Numbered from the stretch's first letter, positions 1-12,179 are shown. The stretch is DNA of 64,000 nucleotides from Candidatus Xenobia bacterium (GCA_045863235.1 BTUM01000009.1:68015-132014); one strand, 5' to 3'. Made by a program: numbers and translations. The notes: generated by a model not told the origin, from the sequence alone.

Positions 1-834
1 CAGGAGTTCATGCTGGGCGAGGTGGCCCGGTCCTTGCGTCCCCCGGTGCACCGGCTGACGCTCGAGGAACGGGGCCAACACTTCCTGCAGTTGGCCGAGG
101 ACGTGCGCCAGGGGCCGGACGGCAAGACCTGGCTGGCCGACCGCACCGGCCGCGCCCTGAAGCTCTACGACCACCTGGCCAGAGCCGCCCCGCAAGACTT
201 TGGCGCCGCCGTGGCCCAATTGGGCCGAGTGACCCGGGTGGTGGGCGCCGAGCAAGCCCTCCAGGTCAGCAGCTACCTGCTCGACGAGCTCCCCCACAAG
301 AGCTTTTACGCCGAAGCCCGCCAGGAGCGCGAGGACACGCTGCTGGCCCTGCTGGGCCAGAGCCTGCCGGTGGAGGTGGCCGTGCGGCTGACCGAGCGAT
401 TGGCCCTCTGCCCGCTGGGCGAGACCCCCGAGCGGCGGCGCGAGGTCTTCCTGGACCTGGTCAGGCTGCATCCGGCCCAGGCCGAAGTGCACCTGGACAA
501 CATCCTCACCTTCCACCGTCCGGGCGCCGACCTGGGCCAGGGGGCGGCCGCCTACCGGATGCTGCTGGAAGGCCTGGTCACCATGGGGCGGCCTGAGGAG
601 GCTTCCGACGCTTACCGGTTTCTGCAGGAGGGCCTGCGTCTCGGACGTCTGTCCGGTACCCTCGAGGAGTTGATCGCGGGCTACCTCGGCAACCTGCTGG
701 TGAGCGGCGATCCAGCCCAGGCCCGAGCTGCCATGGCCGGCGATGGAGGCCAGGGTATTCCGGTCGTGCGCCAGGAGAACGGGGCGGTGCAGGTTGGAGC
801 CGTCCGGGTGCCGGTTCGCCGCAAGAGCGCCTGA
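1..834 (+). CDS. Hypothetical helical protein, 5'-truncated by the window, with the conserved C-terminal tail motif
   Basis: Frame open from base 1 (CAG GAG TTC ATG); ends ...VVRQENGAVQVGAVRVPVRRKSA. Confidence 0.75.
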   Translation, partial: QEFMLGEVARSLRPPVHRLTLEERGQHFLQLAEDVRQGPDGKTWLADRTGRALKLYDHLARAAPQDFGAAVAQLGRVTRVVGAEQALQVSSYLLDELPHKSFYAEARQEREDTLLALLGQSLPVEVAVRLTERLALCPLGETPERRREVFLDLVRLHPAQAEVHLDNILTFHRPGADLGQGAAAYRMLLEGLVTMGRPEEASDAYRFLQEGLRLGRLSGTLEELIAGYLGNLLVSGDPAQARAAMAGDGGQGIPVVRQENGAVQVGAVRVPVRRKSA

Positions 835-871
835 CTGAGCGACCGCGCACCGGGGTTTGGCGCACCCAACC

Positions 872-1813
872 TCAGGTGGGCGCGTTCGGATCGGTCACCG
901 GGCCCTCGGTCGAAGGCTGAGCGGTTTCCCGGGGGTCGGCCTCAAGAGGCGGCAGCTCGGGAGGGTGGCGCCGGCGCCACCAGCGCAGGCCCAGGGCCAC
1001 CAGTTGGGCCAGCAGCACGGGCGGGAAAACCAGCATGGGCACCAGCAACGCCAGCGAGATGGCCTGTGACATGACCAGCTCGAAGGCAAACCGCTCGACG
1101 TGGGGCTTGAGGTGCACCCGGCAGATGGAGATGGCGATCTCCTCGGAGGTGACCAGACCGTCCCTGTCACTGCTATGCAGGTCCTTGACGACCGGGCGGA
1201 TCACCTTCATCCGCTTGTCCACCGAGCTTCTGGTCCACCACCCGATGGTCCAGCGAATGATGAAACGCGACATACCGGCGGCGCGACCCTGCTTGTCGGC
1301 CCCGATGCGCTGGTTGACCTGATCGCAAGCTTCGCTCTCGAGCCACTCGGGCAATCCCAGGGCCAGCTGCTCCACCTGCTCGAGCTTGACCGGCTGGGCG
1401 TTCTCGAGGTAGGTGCGGGCCTGAACGATCTGCTCGGACTTCTCGGCCGTGGGATGGTGGGAGGCCGAGATGGCCAGGCTCACCACGGTCTGGAAAGCGA
1501 GCTTGCCCGACTGTTCGACCAGCGGTTCCTTGTGCACGAAGGATTTGACCTCGATGGCCAGCCCCGCGGTCAGGCCGGCCAGGGCCATCAGGCAGGGGAT
1601 GCTCACCACCCACACCGATACTACCGTCCAGCGGTAGAAGGGGTCGATGACCAGCCCCATGTCCAGCCAACCTCGACGGAACAAGAGCTTCCAGGCCAGC
1701 AGAGTGAGGAAGACGCCCAGCACCACGCCGGCGCAGGTACCAAGCCCCAGCCAGAGGAAGAGCTCGCCCACGTTGCGGGCCATGCAGTCGATAACCAGCC
1801 GAGCGGTCTGCAC
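872..1813 (-). CDS. Hypothetical membrane protein
   Basis: 313-aa ORF with three hydrophobic segments; start could instead be ATG 1783. Confidence 0.7.
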   Translation of the reverse strand: MQTARLVIDCMARNVGELFLWLGLGTCAGVVLGVFLTLLAWKLLFRRGWLDMGLVIDPFYRWTVVSVWVVSIPCLMALAGLTAGLAIEVKSFVHKEPLVEQSGKLAFQTVVSLAISASHHPTAEKSEQIVQARTYLENAQPVKLEQVEQLALGLPEWLESEACDQVNQRIGADKQGRAAGMSRFIIRWTIGWWTRSSVDKRMKVIRPVVKDLHSSDRDGLVTSEEIAISICRVHLKPHVERFAFELVMSQAISLALLVPMLVFPPVLLAQLVALGLRWWRRRHPPELPPLEADPRETAQPSTEGPVTDPNAPT

Positions 1814-1866
1814 TCCAAGCTTCTTCTCGCTGGCGACAGGAAACCCCTCACCGGTCAGTAAACCTC

Positions 1867-3378
1867 GTGTCCATGTCGGAGGCGGAACGGATCCAGCAGT
1901 TAGAGCGCGAGCTGATGCAGGCCCTGGAGAGCCTGCAGCAGGCCGAGCGCCGCATCACCCAGCTGGAAGAGCGAAGCCATCACGCCGAGGTGGTCGACGA
2001 AGAAACCCACAAGTTAGCCTTCGAAGACCCTCTGACGGGCCTGCCCAACCTGAACATCGTGCGCCAGTACGTGGAAATGAACCTCAAGCAGGTCTTCCGC
2101 TATCACCGTGCGGCCGCGCTGCTGGTGGTCGACCTGGATCGGTTCCGAGTCATCAACGACGCACTCGGGTTTGGCACTGGCGACGAGCTGCTTCGCCAGG
2201 TAGCCGAGCGCCTCAAGACGGCCGTGCGCGACTCGGACATCCTGGGACGCAAGGGAGAGGACGAATTCGTCATCCTGCTCACCCAGATCGACGAGGAGCT
2301 TTCTCAGGAGCCCGAGCTGAAAGACCGTCAGCGCCAGCAGCTAGGTGAGCGGGCTCGTCACGTGGCCGAGCGAGTGGCCGAGGTGCTGGCCCCGCCCTTC
2401 GAGCTTCAGGGCCAGAAAGTGCACCTCTTTGCCAGCGTGGGGGTGAGCCTCTGCCCGGGGGACGCCGAGACCCCGATGCAGCTCTTCGAGCACGCCGACG
2501 TGGCCCTCTCCTACGCCAAGGAGCAGGGAAGGGGCCGTTCGCTGGTCTTCAGTCCCGAACTGCAAGAGCTGCGGATGCAAAAGCTCTTGCTCGAGAACCA
2601 GCTGCGTCTGGCCCACACCGAGAAGCAATTCGTGCTGCACTACCAGCCCATCGTGGAGCTTTCCAGCCGCAACGTGGTGGGGGTCGAGGCTCTGCTGCGC
2701 TGGCAGCACCCCCAGATCGGCATGCTGGGGCCGCGCGACTTTCTGCACGTGCTGGAGGAGACCGGTCTCATCATCCCCCTGGGCGACTGGGTGCTGAAAG
2801 AATCCACCCGCCAACTGCGCGCCTGGGGCGACCAGGGGTTCGATCTCTTCCTGACGGTCAACCTCTCGCCCCGTCAGCTGTTGCAGGCCGACCTGATCCC
2901 CATGTTGCTGGACGTGCTGGGCCAGAACCAGATCGAGCCGAGGCACCTGGTGGTCGAGATCGCAGAGAGTGCGGCCACCACCATGGACCCCGAGCGCATG
3001 AGCCGGGTGCTGACCGACCTGGGAGAAGCCGGGGTGCGGGTGGCTATCGACGATTTCGGCACCGGTCTGACCTCCATGAAGACCCTGCGGCTCGAGCACA
3101 CGCGCCTGCTCAAGCTGGACCGCACCTTCGTGGCCGGCATCCCGGGCGAGCGAGCCAGCATGAGCGTTTGCATGGCCACCATCCGACTGGCCGCCAGCCT
3201 GAACATGAAGTCCCTGGCCGAAGGGGTGGAGACCGAGCGCCAGTGCAACTATCTCACCAAGAACGAATGCGATCTCGGGCAGGGCTTCTTCTTCTCGCCG
3301 CCCCTGGCGGCCGAGGAGATCCCCGACTTGATCCGCCAGGGCAAACCGGGCGCGGAGATCATCGGCATCCGTGGCTGA
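1867..3378 (+). CDS. Coiled-coil + GGDEF + EAL c-di-GMP signalling protein
   Basis: DPLTGLPN, DLDRF..IND.LG, RKGEDEF (variant GGDEF), VEALLRW, IDDFGTG, AEGVET, QGFFFS; alternative start ATG 1873. Confidence 0.92.
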   Translation: MSMSEAERIQQLERELMQALESLQQAERRITQLEERSHHAEVVDEETHKLAFEDPLTGLPNLNIVRQYVEMNLKQVFRYHRAAALLVVDLDRFRVINDALGFGTGDELLRQVAERLKTAVRDSDILGRKGEDEFVILLTQIDEELSQEPELKDRQRQQLGERARHVAERVAEVLAPPFELQGQKVHLFASVGVSLCPGDAETPMQLFEHADVALSYAKEQGRGRSLVFSPELQELRMQKLLLENQLRLAHTEKQFVLHYQPIVELSSRNVVGVEALLRWQHPQIGMLGPRDFLHVLEETGLIIPLGDWVLKESTRQLRAWGDQGFDLFLTVNLSPRQLLQADLIPMLLDVLGQNQIEPRHLVVEIAESAATTMDPERMSRVLTDLGEAGVRVAIDDFGTGLTSMKTLRLEHTRLLKLDRTFVAGIPGERASMSVCMATIRLAASLNMKSLAEGVETERQCNYLTKNECDLGQGFFFSPPLAAEEIPDLIRQGKPGAEIIGIRG

Positions 3379-6300
3379 GCCGCTGGAAGTTCCTCTCTTC
3401 CTGCTCACCTGCACTCTGGACAATGGTCTGACTCTGACCGAAGGAGTGTTTCATCCGGAAGTGTCCCGCTGGGGCAGCAAGAACCGCCCCTCCACGCGCG
3501 CCCTGGCGGAGAGCCTGCGGGTGCGAATCGAGCGAATGAGCCCGCTGGAGCTGGCCCGCCGGCTGCCCCCCGAGCAAGCCCGCCTGGTGCGCTGGACCCT
3601 GAACCTCCCCCCTCCGCGCCGGTCCGTCGCCTGGCAGGGCGATCTGGAACTGCAGTTCCACGCCCTGCTGTATCCCGTGGCCAACCTGTGGGCGGCCTAT
3701 GTGCCAGCTCTGCAGAGCTCGTTCTTCGCTCCTGAAGAGGCCGCTCTGGAAGAGACGGCTCGCTCGGAGCTGCTCCAGGAGCTGCTGCGGCGCCGGCTGA
3801 ACAGCCTGGATGCCCTGACCTTCCTGCAACGAGTGCGCACGCTGGTGGCCAGCGAATACCCGGTCACAGCCCGCCGCCACACGCTGAGGCAACTGGCCTC
3901 CCGCCAGGCCCAAAAGAGACTCCCCGCGGTGTTGCGCCAGGTGGGCACCGACCTGAGCACCGAAAGGCTCACCCCGGTCTATGAGCGTACCCCCCAGCTC
4001 GACCAGTTGGCGGCCCTGCTGACCGGGAAAAATCCCCGCTCGGTCCTGCTGGTGGGCCCCTCGGGGGTGGGCAAGTCGGCCCTCTTCCGCGAGCTGGCCC
4101 GGCGTCGACTCGATTACCAGCTGCAGGCCACCCCCTTCTGGGAGACCAGCGGGGCCCGCCTGATGGCCGGACAGGTAGCCTTCGGCAAGTGGCAGGAGCG
4201 CTGCCGGCGCCTGATTCTTGAGGCAGGACGGACGCGCGCCATCGTGCACCTGGGCAACCTGATGGAGCTTTGCCAGGTGGCCCGGCACGAAACCAACCCC
4301 TTCGGGATGGCAGGCTTCTTGCGCCCGGCTCTGGCTCGAGGAGAGCTCCTGGCAGTGGTGGAGTGCCTGCCCGAGCAGCTCAGCCTGTTGGAGAAGGAGC
4401 AGCCTCACCTGCTGGAGGCTTTCGCCCGGCTGGAGCTGGCCGAGCCGAGCCGCGAGCAGGCCCTCAGCATCCTGCTGCAGAGCGCTTGCGACCTGGGCTT
4501 CAAGGGCCCCACCGAGACCGCTCGCCGGGTCGAGACCTTCCATCGCCGCTTTGCCGCCTACTCGGCTTTTCCCGGCCGAGCCTTGCGATTTCTCCGTGCC
4601 CTGGTGCAACAAAACCGCGAGGCGACCCCGGCCGACGCGGCCCGTGCTTTCCACCTGGAAACCGGACTCCCCCTCTGGCTGCTGGACGAGTCCATCCCCT
4701 TCGACCCGCAATGGGCACGAGGCTGGTTTGCAGGCCAGGTCCTGGGCCAGCCGCGAGCCACCTCCCTGGTGGTGGACCGGCTGGCGCCCTCAAAGCCGGC
4801 CTCACCCGGCCTGATCGCCCCATCGCTTCCTTCCTGCTGATCGGGCCTACCGGGGTGGGTAAGACCGAAACCGCCCGGGCCCTGGCAGAATTTCTGTTCA
4901 GCGACCGCAATCGCCTGGTGCGCTTCGACATGAGCGAGTTCAGCGACCCCTGGGCGGTGGAGCGGCTGATCGGCTCGGAAGGGCTTTTGACCGCCCGGGT
5001 ACGCGAGCACCCCTTCAGCGTGGTCCTCTTCGACGAGTTGGAAAAGGCCCACCCCGACTTCTTCGACCTCTTGCTTCAGGTGCTCGGCGAGGCGCGCCTG
5101 ACCGACGCCTCCGGACGCCTGGCCGACTTCAGCAACAGCGTGGTCTTGATGACCTCCAACCTGGGGGCCCAGGAGTTTCAGAAAGGCTCGCTCGGCCTGC
5201 GCGCCCAGAGCGCCTCGGCCGAGCGCGAGTTCACCGAGGCGGTGCGTGCGGCCCTGCGCCCGGAGCTCTTCAACCGCATCGACCAGGTGCTGGCCTACGA
5301 ACCGCTCTCGCCCGAGACGGTGCTGGCCATCGCCCGCCGCGAGCTGCAGCAGGTCAGTGCCCGGGAAGGGGTGGCCAGCCGCCCGGTGCGACTCGAGCTG
5401 GCCGACCAGGCCGCCAGCCGCCTGGCCGAGTCGGGCTACGATCCCCGCTACGGAGCCCGTCCGCTCAAGCGGACTCTGGAGCGAGAGCTGCTCGCTCCGC
5501 TGGCCGAGGAGCTGAACCGCCATCCCCCCGAGCTCCCTCTGGACATTTCGGTGCAGGGCAATCTTCAGCTCACCACAAGCCTGCGCCCCACCGGTTACGA
5601 TCCGCTCGCCCGGGCGCGCTGGGCGGGCACATCCGTGGACCGGATCAGCAGCACCCGTCGGATGGGCCGTCAGGTGCTATCCGGTCCGCTGGTGACAGCC
5701 GTGCACAACGAAATGCACGCTCAACGCAAGCGACAACCCCGTAAACCGCCGGTCTACCATCCCGCTCAGGGCCTGCTGGACCGCCTTTCCCGATGGCTGA
5801 CCGAGATGGAGCAGTTAGAGGAGACGGCCCTGTTGCAGTTCTCCGAGAGCCGCCGGGGCGGAAGCTTCGACGCCGAGCAGTTGCTGGCCGCCCAGGAGCG
5901 GGCCGCGAGCGAGCTGGAAGCCCTTCTGCTCGACCTCTACGAACGCCAGAAGCCCGGCCGACTGGCTACCGTAGGCATCTTCAGCGAGCGAGCCGAGCTG
6001 GTGATGCTGCTGGCGCGCGCCTACGCCTCGCTGGCCGGCCGCTATGGCTGGAAGCTCAAGCTGGAGAGCGTGCGCATCCGCAAAGGCGATCCGAGCGACC
6101 CCCTGGAGCGGCGAACCGAGCCGGACAGCTTCCTGGCCGGCCACTCCTCGGTCCTGGGCGTGTTGCTGAGCTTCGAGGGGCGGCTGGCGGCCGCCCGCCT
6201 GCTGGGAGAGTCGGGTCCGCAGGCCTTTACCGGGCCCAACCCGACCGAGTTGCTGGGCCTGCTGGTGGCGGTGCAGCCGGTCGCCCTGGAAGGCTATCGC

Positions 6301-6492
6301 CCTCCGGAGGGGGTCCACCGCCGTGGATTCACCAGCCACCAGGGCCGCCAGCGAATCTACGACCGGGAGGCCCGCACGGTCCAGGATCCGGCACTCGGCA
6401 GTCGCGAGTGGACAGACCACCCCGGAGGGGCGCTGGGCAAGCTGATCGACGAGCGGCTGCGCCGCGAGGTCCTGGAGGCAGCTCTCCCCTGA
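3371..6492 (+). CDS. ClpA/B-like double AAA+ ATPase, split by a 1-nt frameshift near 4784-4786 (sequencing error or pseudogene)
   Basis: First part has Walker A GPSGVGKS and FPGRA. Second frame has RPIASFLLIGPTGVGKTE, RFDMSEF, VVLFDELEKAHP, MTSNLG, RPELFNRID, YGARPLKR. The two join as VVDRLA/ALKAGL if one base is restored. Confidence 0.85.
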
Positions 6493-6511
6493 CGGCGAAT
6501 TCTCCAACCAG

Positions 6512-6886
6512 ATGAAGTCCAACCAGCCTCCGGGCATCTCTGACATTCGGCTTCTGAATTTCTGTCTGGCCTTGTCGCTCTGGTTGTCAGTGGCGGGCTG
6601 GCTGGCCCTGTTGCACTTCCTCACCCCCGGGGCAGCCAGTACCCTGCTGGTCGAGAAACGCGAGCCTTCCCTGATCGTGGCTTTCTGGGTCGGTTCTCTG
6701 GAGTACACGAGGGCCTTGATCGGCGTCAGTGTGGCCACGCTGCTGGCCCTGGGCTGGCTGCTGGTGGGCTATCTGCGCAAGGCGTCCCTCCGTCAGGGCT
6801 GGGTGTTGCCGCTGCTGATCGCCCTGATGCATGTCGCGGGCGTGGCTGCCCTGCTTCACCTTCTTGTTCCGGTGCTGCTGCGATGA
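6512..6886 (+). CDS. Small membrane protein
   Basis: Three hydrophobic segments; ATGA overlap with the next gene. Confidence 0.65.
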   Translation: MKSNQPPGISDIRLLNFCLALSLWLSVAGWLALLHFLTPGAASTLLVEKREPSLIVAFWVGSLEYTRALIGVSVATLLALGWLLVGYLRKASLRQGWVLPLLIALMHVAGVAALLHLLVPVLLR

Positions 6887-8466
6887 AAGACGCCCTCAAG
6901 CGTTACCTGATGGGGATGCACACCGGGCTGTGCGCAAGCGCCATCTTGCTGGTAGCATCCTGTCTGGCGGTGAGCTGGCACTACCGCTGGGTCTGGATGT
7001 CCCTCGACCTGGCCAGAAGCCCCCTGGGCTGGGTGCTCGAGCAGCATCCGAGCTGGAAGCTCGGCCTGCTGGCCGGAATCCCGGGCCTGGTCGGCCTGCT
7101 CATCATCTGGGCGGCCCTGGGCTTGCTGGTCGCCGGCCGGCGCAAGATCAAGAGCTCGGATCGCCCCTGGACCGTCGCCTACGGCTCCACCTTCTTCTTC
7201 ATCTTCGTGCAGCTCTGCTGCCTGGGCTGGATGAGCCTCTTCTTGCTCGCCTGGCCCGCGCCCGATCCAGTGCATGACACTCCTCCTCCCACCGCCAGTC
7301 CCTCACCCAGCCCCGAGGCCAGCCCGAGCCCCTCCGCCTCCCCCTCTCCGAGCGCCTCACCCCTGGCTCTCAAGAATCCTTTCGCAGTCGGATCCAGCAG
7401 CCCCAGCCCTTCCGCCTCCCCGGCCACGGCCGACCCCTTCCTGCCCAGCAAGCCCTCCCAGCCCGTGGCGGGAGTGGGCACGGGCCGCTACGTGGAGTTC
7501 TTCGATGGCATGACGCTTACGGTGGAGCGCGAGTTTGACCTCGGTCGCCCCTCCAACCCCCGCCAGTTCACGACCCGCGACGGGACATTGTACTGGTGCG
7601 ACGGAGCCCACCTGACCGCGGTCGACCTGACCCAGGGCGCTTCCACCTGGCGGGTGGAGACCACGGGCGAAGAGGATGTAGTGGCCGCCATCAGCGGCCT
7701 GGTGCTGACCCGCGGCCCTGGTAACAAGACCTTCGCCCACGCGAGCTCAGACGGCGAGCTGCGCTGGCAGCACCAGGGGACCATCCTGGTGGATGGCGAC
7801 CGGCTTTTTCAGGTGGCCGCCGATGAGCAGAGCCTGGGCAAGCCCCTGGAGGGACCCGCCACGGTGCTGGTGCGGCTCGATCCTCAGACGGGCAAACCCA
7901 AGGGTGAGCTGGTACGGCTGAAGTATCCACTGCTCGAGCCCCAGGTCGATGGGGCCGTGGTGGTAGGGCGAGCCACCGAGACCTCCATGCTGCATATCCT
8001 GGACGCGACCACGGGGGGGCTGCTCTGGAGCTCGACCGATGCCGGAGGCTTCCTGGCCCGCAGCGGTCGGCTCTACATCAGCGTCGAGGACGGCACCTAC
8101 GTGCGAGAGCTGCGCACCGGCAAGCCCCTGGCCGCAGGTCGGACATTGGCCGGCTCGGTGGTGGCCTCCTTCGCGGGCAGCGCCGTGCTGCACGACCCCG
8201 TCAAGCAAGAGCTGGTGGCCTACGATCCCACCAATGGCGAGGCCCTGTGGGGCTGGGAGCAGGTGCGGGGCTGGCCCCTGGTGGGTCGCGAGGGGATGCT
8301 GCTCCTGGGCAGCGAGAACGGCGCGCCTTTGCTCATCGCCTACGACGGCAAGGGAGGCCAGCTTTTCAAGGGCCCCCTCGATCCGGCACTGGGACTGCGC
8401 GGAGTGCTGGGCGCGCGCGACAACCTGGTGGTCTTGCTGATCGAGAAACAGGCCGTGGCGCCATGA
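6883..8466 (+). CDS. Membrane-anchored PQQ/BamB-like beta-propeller protein with a Ser/Pro linker
   Basis: Three N-terminal TM segments, (ASPSPS)n linker, repeats AVDLTQGASTW, LDATTGGLLW, AYDPTNGEALW. Confidence 0.75.
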   Translation: MKDALKRYLMGMHTGLCASAILLVASCLAVSWHYRWVWMSLDLARSPLGWVLEQHPSWKLGLLAGIPGLVGLLIIWAALGLLVAGRRKIKSSDRPWTVAYGSTFFFIFVQLCCLGWMSLFLLAWPAPDPVHDTPPPTASPSPSPEASPSPSASPSPSASPLALKNPFAVGSSSPSPSASPATADPFLPSKPSQPVAGVGTGRYVEFFDGMTLTVEREFDLGRPSNPRQFTTRDGTLYWCDGAHLTAVDLTQGASTWRVETTGEEDVVAAISGLVLTRGPGNKTFAHASSDGELRWQHQGTILVDGDRLFQVAADEQSLGKPLEGPATVLVRLDPQTGKPKGELVRLKYPLLEPQVDGAVVVGRATETSMLHILDATTGGLLWSSTDAGGFLARSGRLYISVEDGTYVRELRTGKPLAAGRTLAGSVVASFAGSAVLHDPVKQELVAYDPTNGEALWGWEQVRGWPLVGREGMLLLGSENGAPLLIAYDGKGGQLFKGPLDPALGLRGVLGARDNLVVLLIEKQAVAP

Positions 8467-9572
8467 ATCTCCGAGCCATCGTTCCCACCCTCCTCCAGTC
8501 CGCCACACCACTGCGGGCCTCAGGCATGCCGATCACCACCCAGACCGAGATCGTCGCCCAGCCCGGCGAGTCGGTTCAGCTCTCGTCTGCCCGGCCGCCT
8601 CGCCCGGACAGACCGGGACGACTGGCCATGATCCGCCAGAGCATCGATGCGGCTCTGGAGGCCGCCGGTCAGTTTGCCACCGGACCCCTGGCCCAATGTG
8701 CCTGCAAGGTGCTGCAGGGCAAAATCAAGCCAGCTCCCGCCGTAGTACCCGACAGCGACCTCGGGGAGCTGCCTGCGGCCCGGATGCAACGGCCGGTGAT
8801 GTTCGTGCCCGGCTTCCACACCCCCATCGAGCGCTTCACCCCCCTGGTCGACAAGCTGAAAACCGATAACGGTCCCGTCCACTACATCCGCCAGGGCAGA
8901 TTCTACGCCGATTGCGAGTGCACGCAGCCGGTGGACAAGGTGGATCCGGACTGCAAGATCTTTGTGTCGGTCTTCTCGGCTTACAACCTGGCACCCGACG
9001 GAGGCGGTGCCGACGAGCTGGCGCAAAACCTCGAAGCCCTGCGGCAGGTGGCAGGAACGGGCAAAGTGGATGTGGCCGCCTTTAGCATGGGTGGCCTGAC
9101 CACGCGAGAATATCTAGACCGTGGAGGAGAGGCGGTGGGCAAGCTCCACATGGTGGGCACCCCCAACCACGGCTCGGGCCTGGCCCGCATCACGATGGGC
9201 CTGCTGGAGGGAAAGGCCCGCGGTTACGAGGTCGACCTTCTGCTTGGCCTCAAGCACGTCGAGGCCGACGATGAGCCGGCCCTGAAGTGGCTTGCTCCCA
9301 ACTCGCCGGCGCTGGCCCGCCTGAACGAGCGCTGGCCCGAGCAACGGTCTCGCCTGGAATCTGCCCGCTGTTTCGGCACCGATCTCAAGGCCACCGTGGG
9401 GAATCGCTTCATGCTGCAGCCCACCTGGGGCGATGGCATGGTGGCCGCCTCCAGCCTCGAGCTCCCCGGCATGCCGGTGCAGATGCTGCAGGACAAGAAG
9501 TATGCCCTGCACGGGAACCTGGTGGTCAGCCCCGAGTTCTACCTGGCCTTGCGCGACCACTTCGGCTGGTAG
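8463..9572 (+). CDS. Alpha/beta hydrolase, lipase/PGAP1-like
   Basis: VMFVPGF oxyanion region, AFSMGG nucleophile elbow, GTPNHGS, GDGMV, late His; start ATG 8463 overlaps the upstream stop. Confidence 0.8.
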   Translation: MNLRAIVPTLLQSATPLRASGMPITTQTEIVAQPGESVQLSSARPPRPDRPGRLAMIRQSIDAALEAAGQFATGPLAQCACKVLQGKIKPAPAVVPDSDLGELPAARMQRPVMFVPGFHTPIERFTPLVDKLKTDNGPVHYIRQGRFYADCECTQPVDKVDPDCKIFVSVFSAYNLAPDGGGADELAQNLEALRQVAGTGKVDVAAFSMGGLTTREYLDRGGEAVGKLHMVGTPNHGSGLARITMGLLEGKARGYEVDLLLGLKHVEADDEPALKWLAPNSPALARLNERWPEQRSRLESARCFGTDLKATVGNRFMLQPTWGDGMVAASSLELPGMPVQMLQDKKYALHGNLVVSPEFYLALRDHFGW

Positions 9573-9657
9573 GCGTGTTGGCCGCTCGGTCGGTGTCCGC
9601 GCTACAGCTCAAGACGCTGCAATGCAGTCGGGGCGTCGCGCAGCCGGGGCTCCCCCA

Positions 9658-11331
<1,674 letters not shown>

Positions 11332-11426
11332 AGGCAGGCGCACTTCGAACCCCGGCATTTGCGGCCCTGCAGGTCATAGGGCAAATGCCCCTGGCCAGAG
11401 GGGCAATCTGGGAGTAAACTTCAAGT

Positions 11427-12176
11427 ATGAAGTTGCGCCATCACCTCTTCCATTCCAAGAGGACGCCTGGTCACTGGCTCAAGTGGGTGGAGGCGGGCAG
11501 CGGGCCCACCATCTTTTTCGTGCACGGCTGCTCCGGCAGTTGGACCAACTTCACGCCCCAACTGGCCGACCTCTCCAGCGACCATCACGTGGTGGCTCTG
11601 GACATGCGCGGCCACGGCTCTTCTCCCTGGCCTGGTCCCTCTCAACTGGCCGATTTCGAGACCGACCTGGAGGAGTTCGTCACCGAGGTGCTGCCCGGCC
11701 GGTTCGTGCTGGTCCTGCATTCGTTCGGGGGCTGCGTGGGAGCGAGGCTGGCCGCCTCCATGCCCGACCGTACGGCGGCGGTGGCTTTCCTGAACACGGC
11801 CGGCTCGATTCCCAAGGGGCCCACCTACCGATTTCTGCAACTGATGAGCTCGCGGGCCCACCTCCTGAGCGAATCGATGCCCAACCTGGTCTCCACCAAC
11901 TCGGAGGTCAGCCAGCACATGCTGTATTACACCCTCAAAGAGTGGGACGTCTGGGACCTCTACCCCAAAATCGAGGTGCCCTCGCTGGTGGTGCTGGGGG
12001 CGCTCGACCCGCTGATTCCGATCACCTCGGGTCTGCGGATGGCCCAGCTGTTGCCCGAGCAGAACCTGACCGTCTTCCCACTGGGCGGCCACGTCTCAAT
12101 GTGGGAGCAGCCACGCCGGCTCAATGCCATGCTGCGCGCATTGAGCCGCCGAGTGTTGCTCTCTCGGGTGGCCTGA
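11427..12176 (+). CDS. Alpha/beta fold hydrolase
   Basis: FVHG, ALDMRGHGSS, LHSFGG, GALDPLIP, GGHVSMWEQP. Confidence 0.88.
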   Translation: MKLRHHLFHSKRTPGHWLKWVEAGSGPTIFFVHGCSGSWTNFTPQLADLSSDHHVVALDMRGHGSSPWPGPSQLADFETDLEEFVTEVLPGRFVLVLHSFGGCVGARLAASMPDRTAAVAFLNTAGSIPKGPTYRFLQLMSSRAHLLSESMPNLVSTNSEVSQHMLYYTLKEWDVWDLYPKIEVPSLVVLGALDPLIPITSGLRMAQLLPEQNLTVFPLGGHVSMWEQPRRLNAMLRALSRRVLLSRVA

Positions 12177-12179
12177 AAA

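Noticed and set aside
4270..4785. 5' part of the 740-aa ORF as real coding sequence
   Set aside because: It is an out-of-frame shadow of the upstream AAA half; Clp-like sequence starts only after about 4786.
7290..7425. DNA repeat array
   Set aside because: Explained by the (ASPSPS)n protein linker with varied codons.
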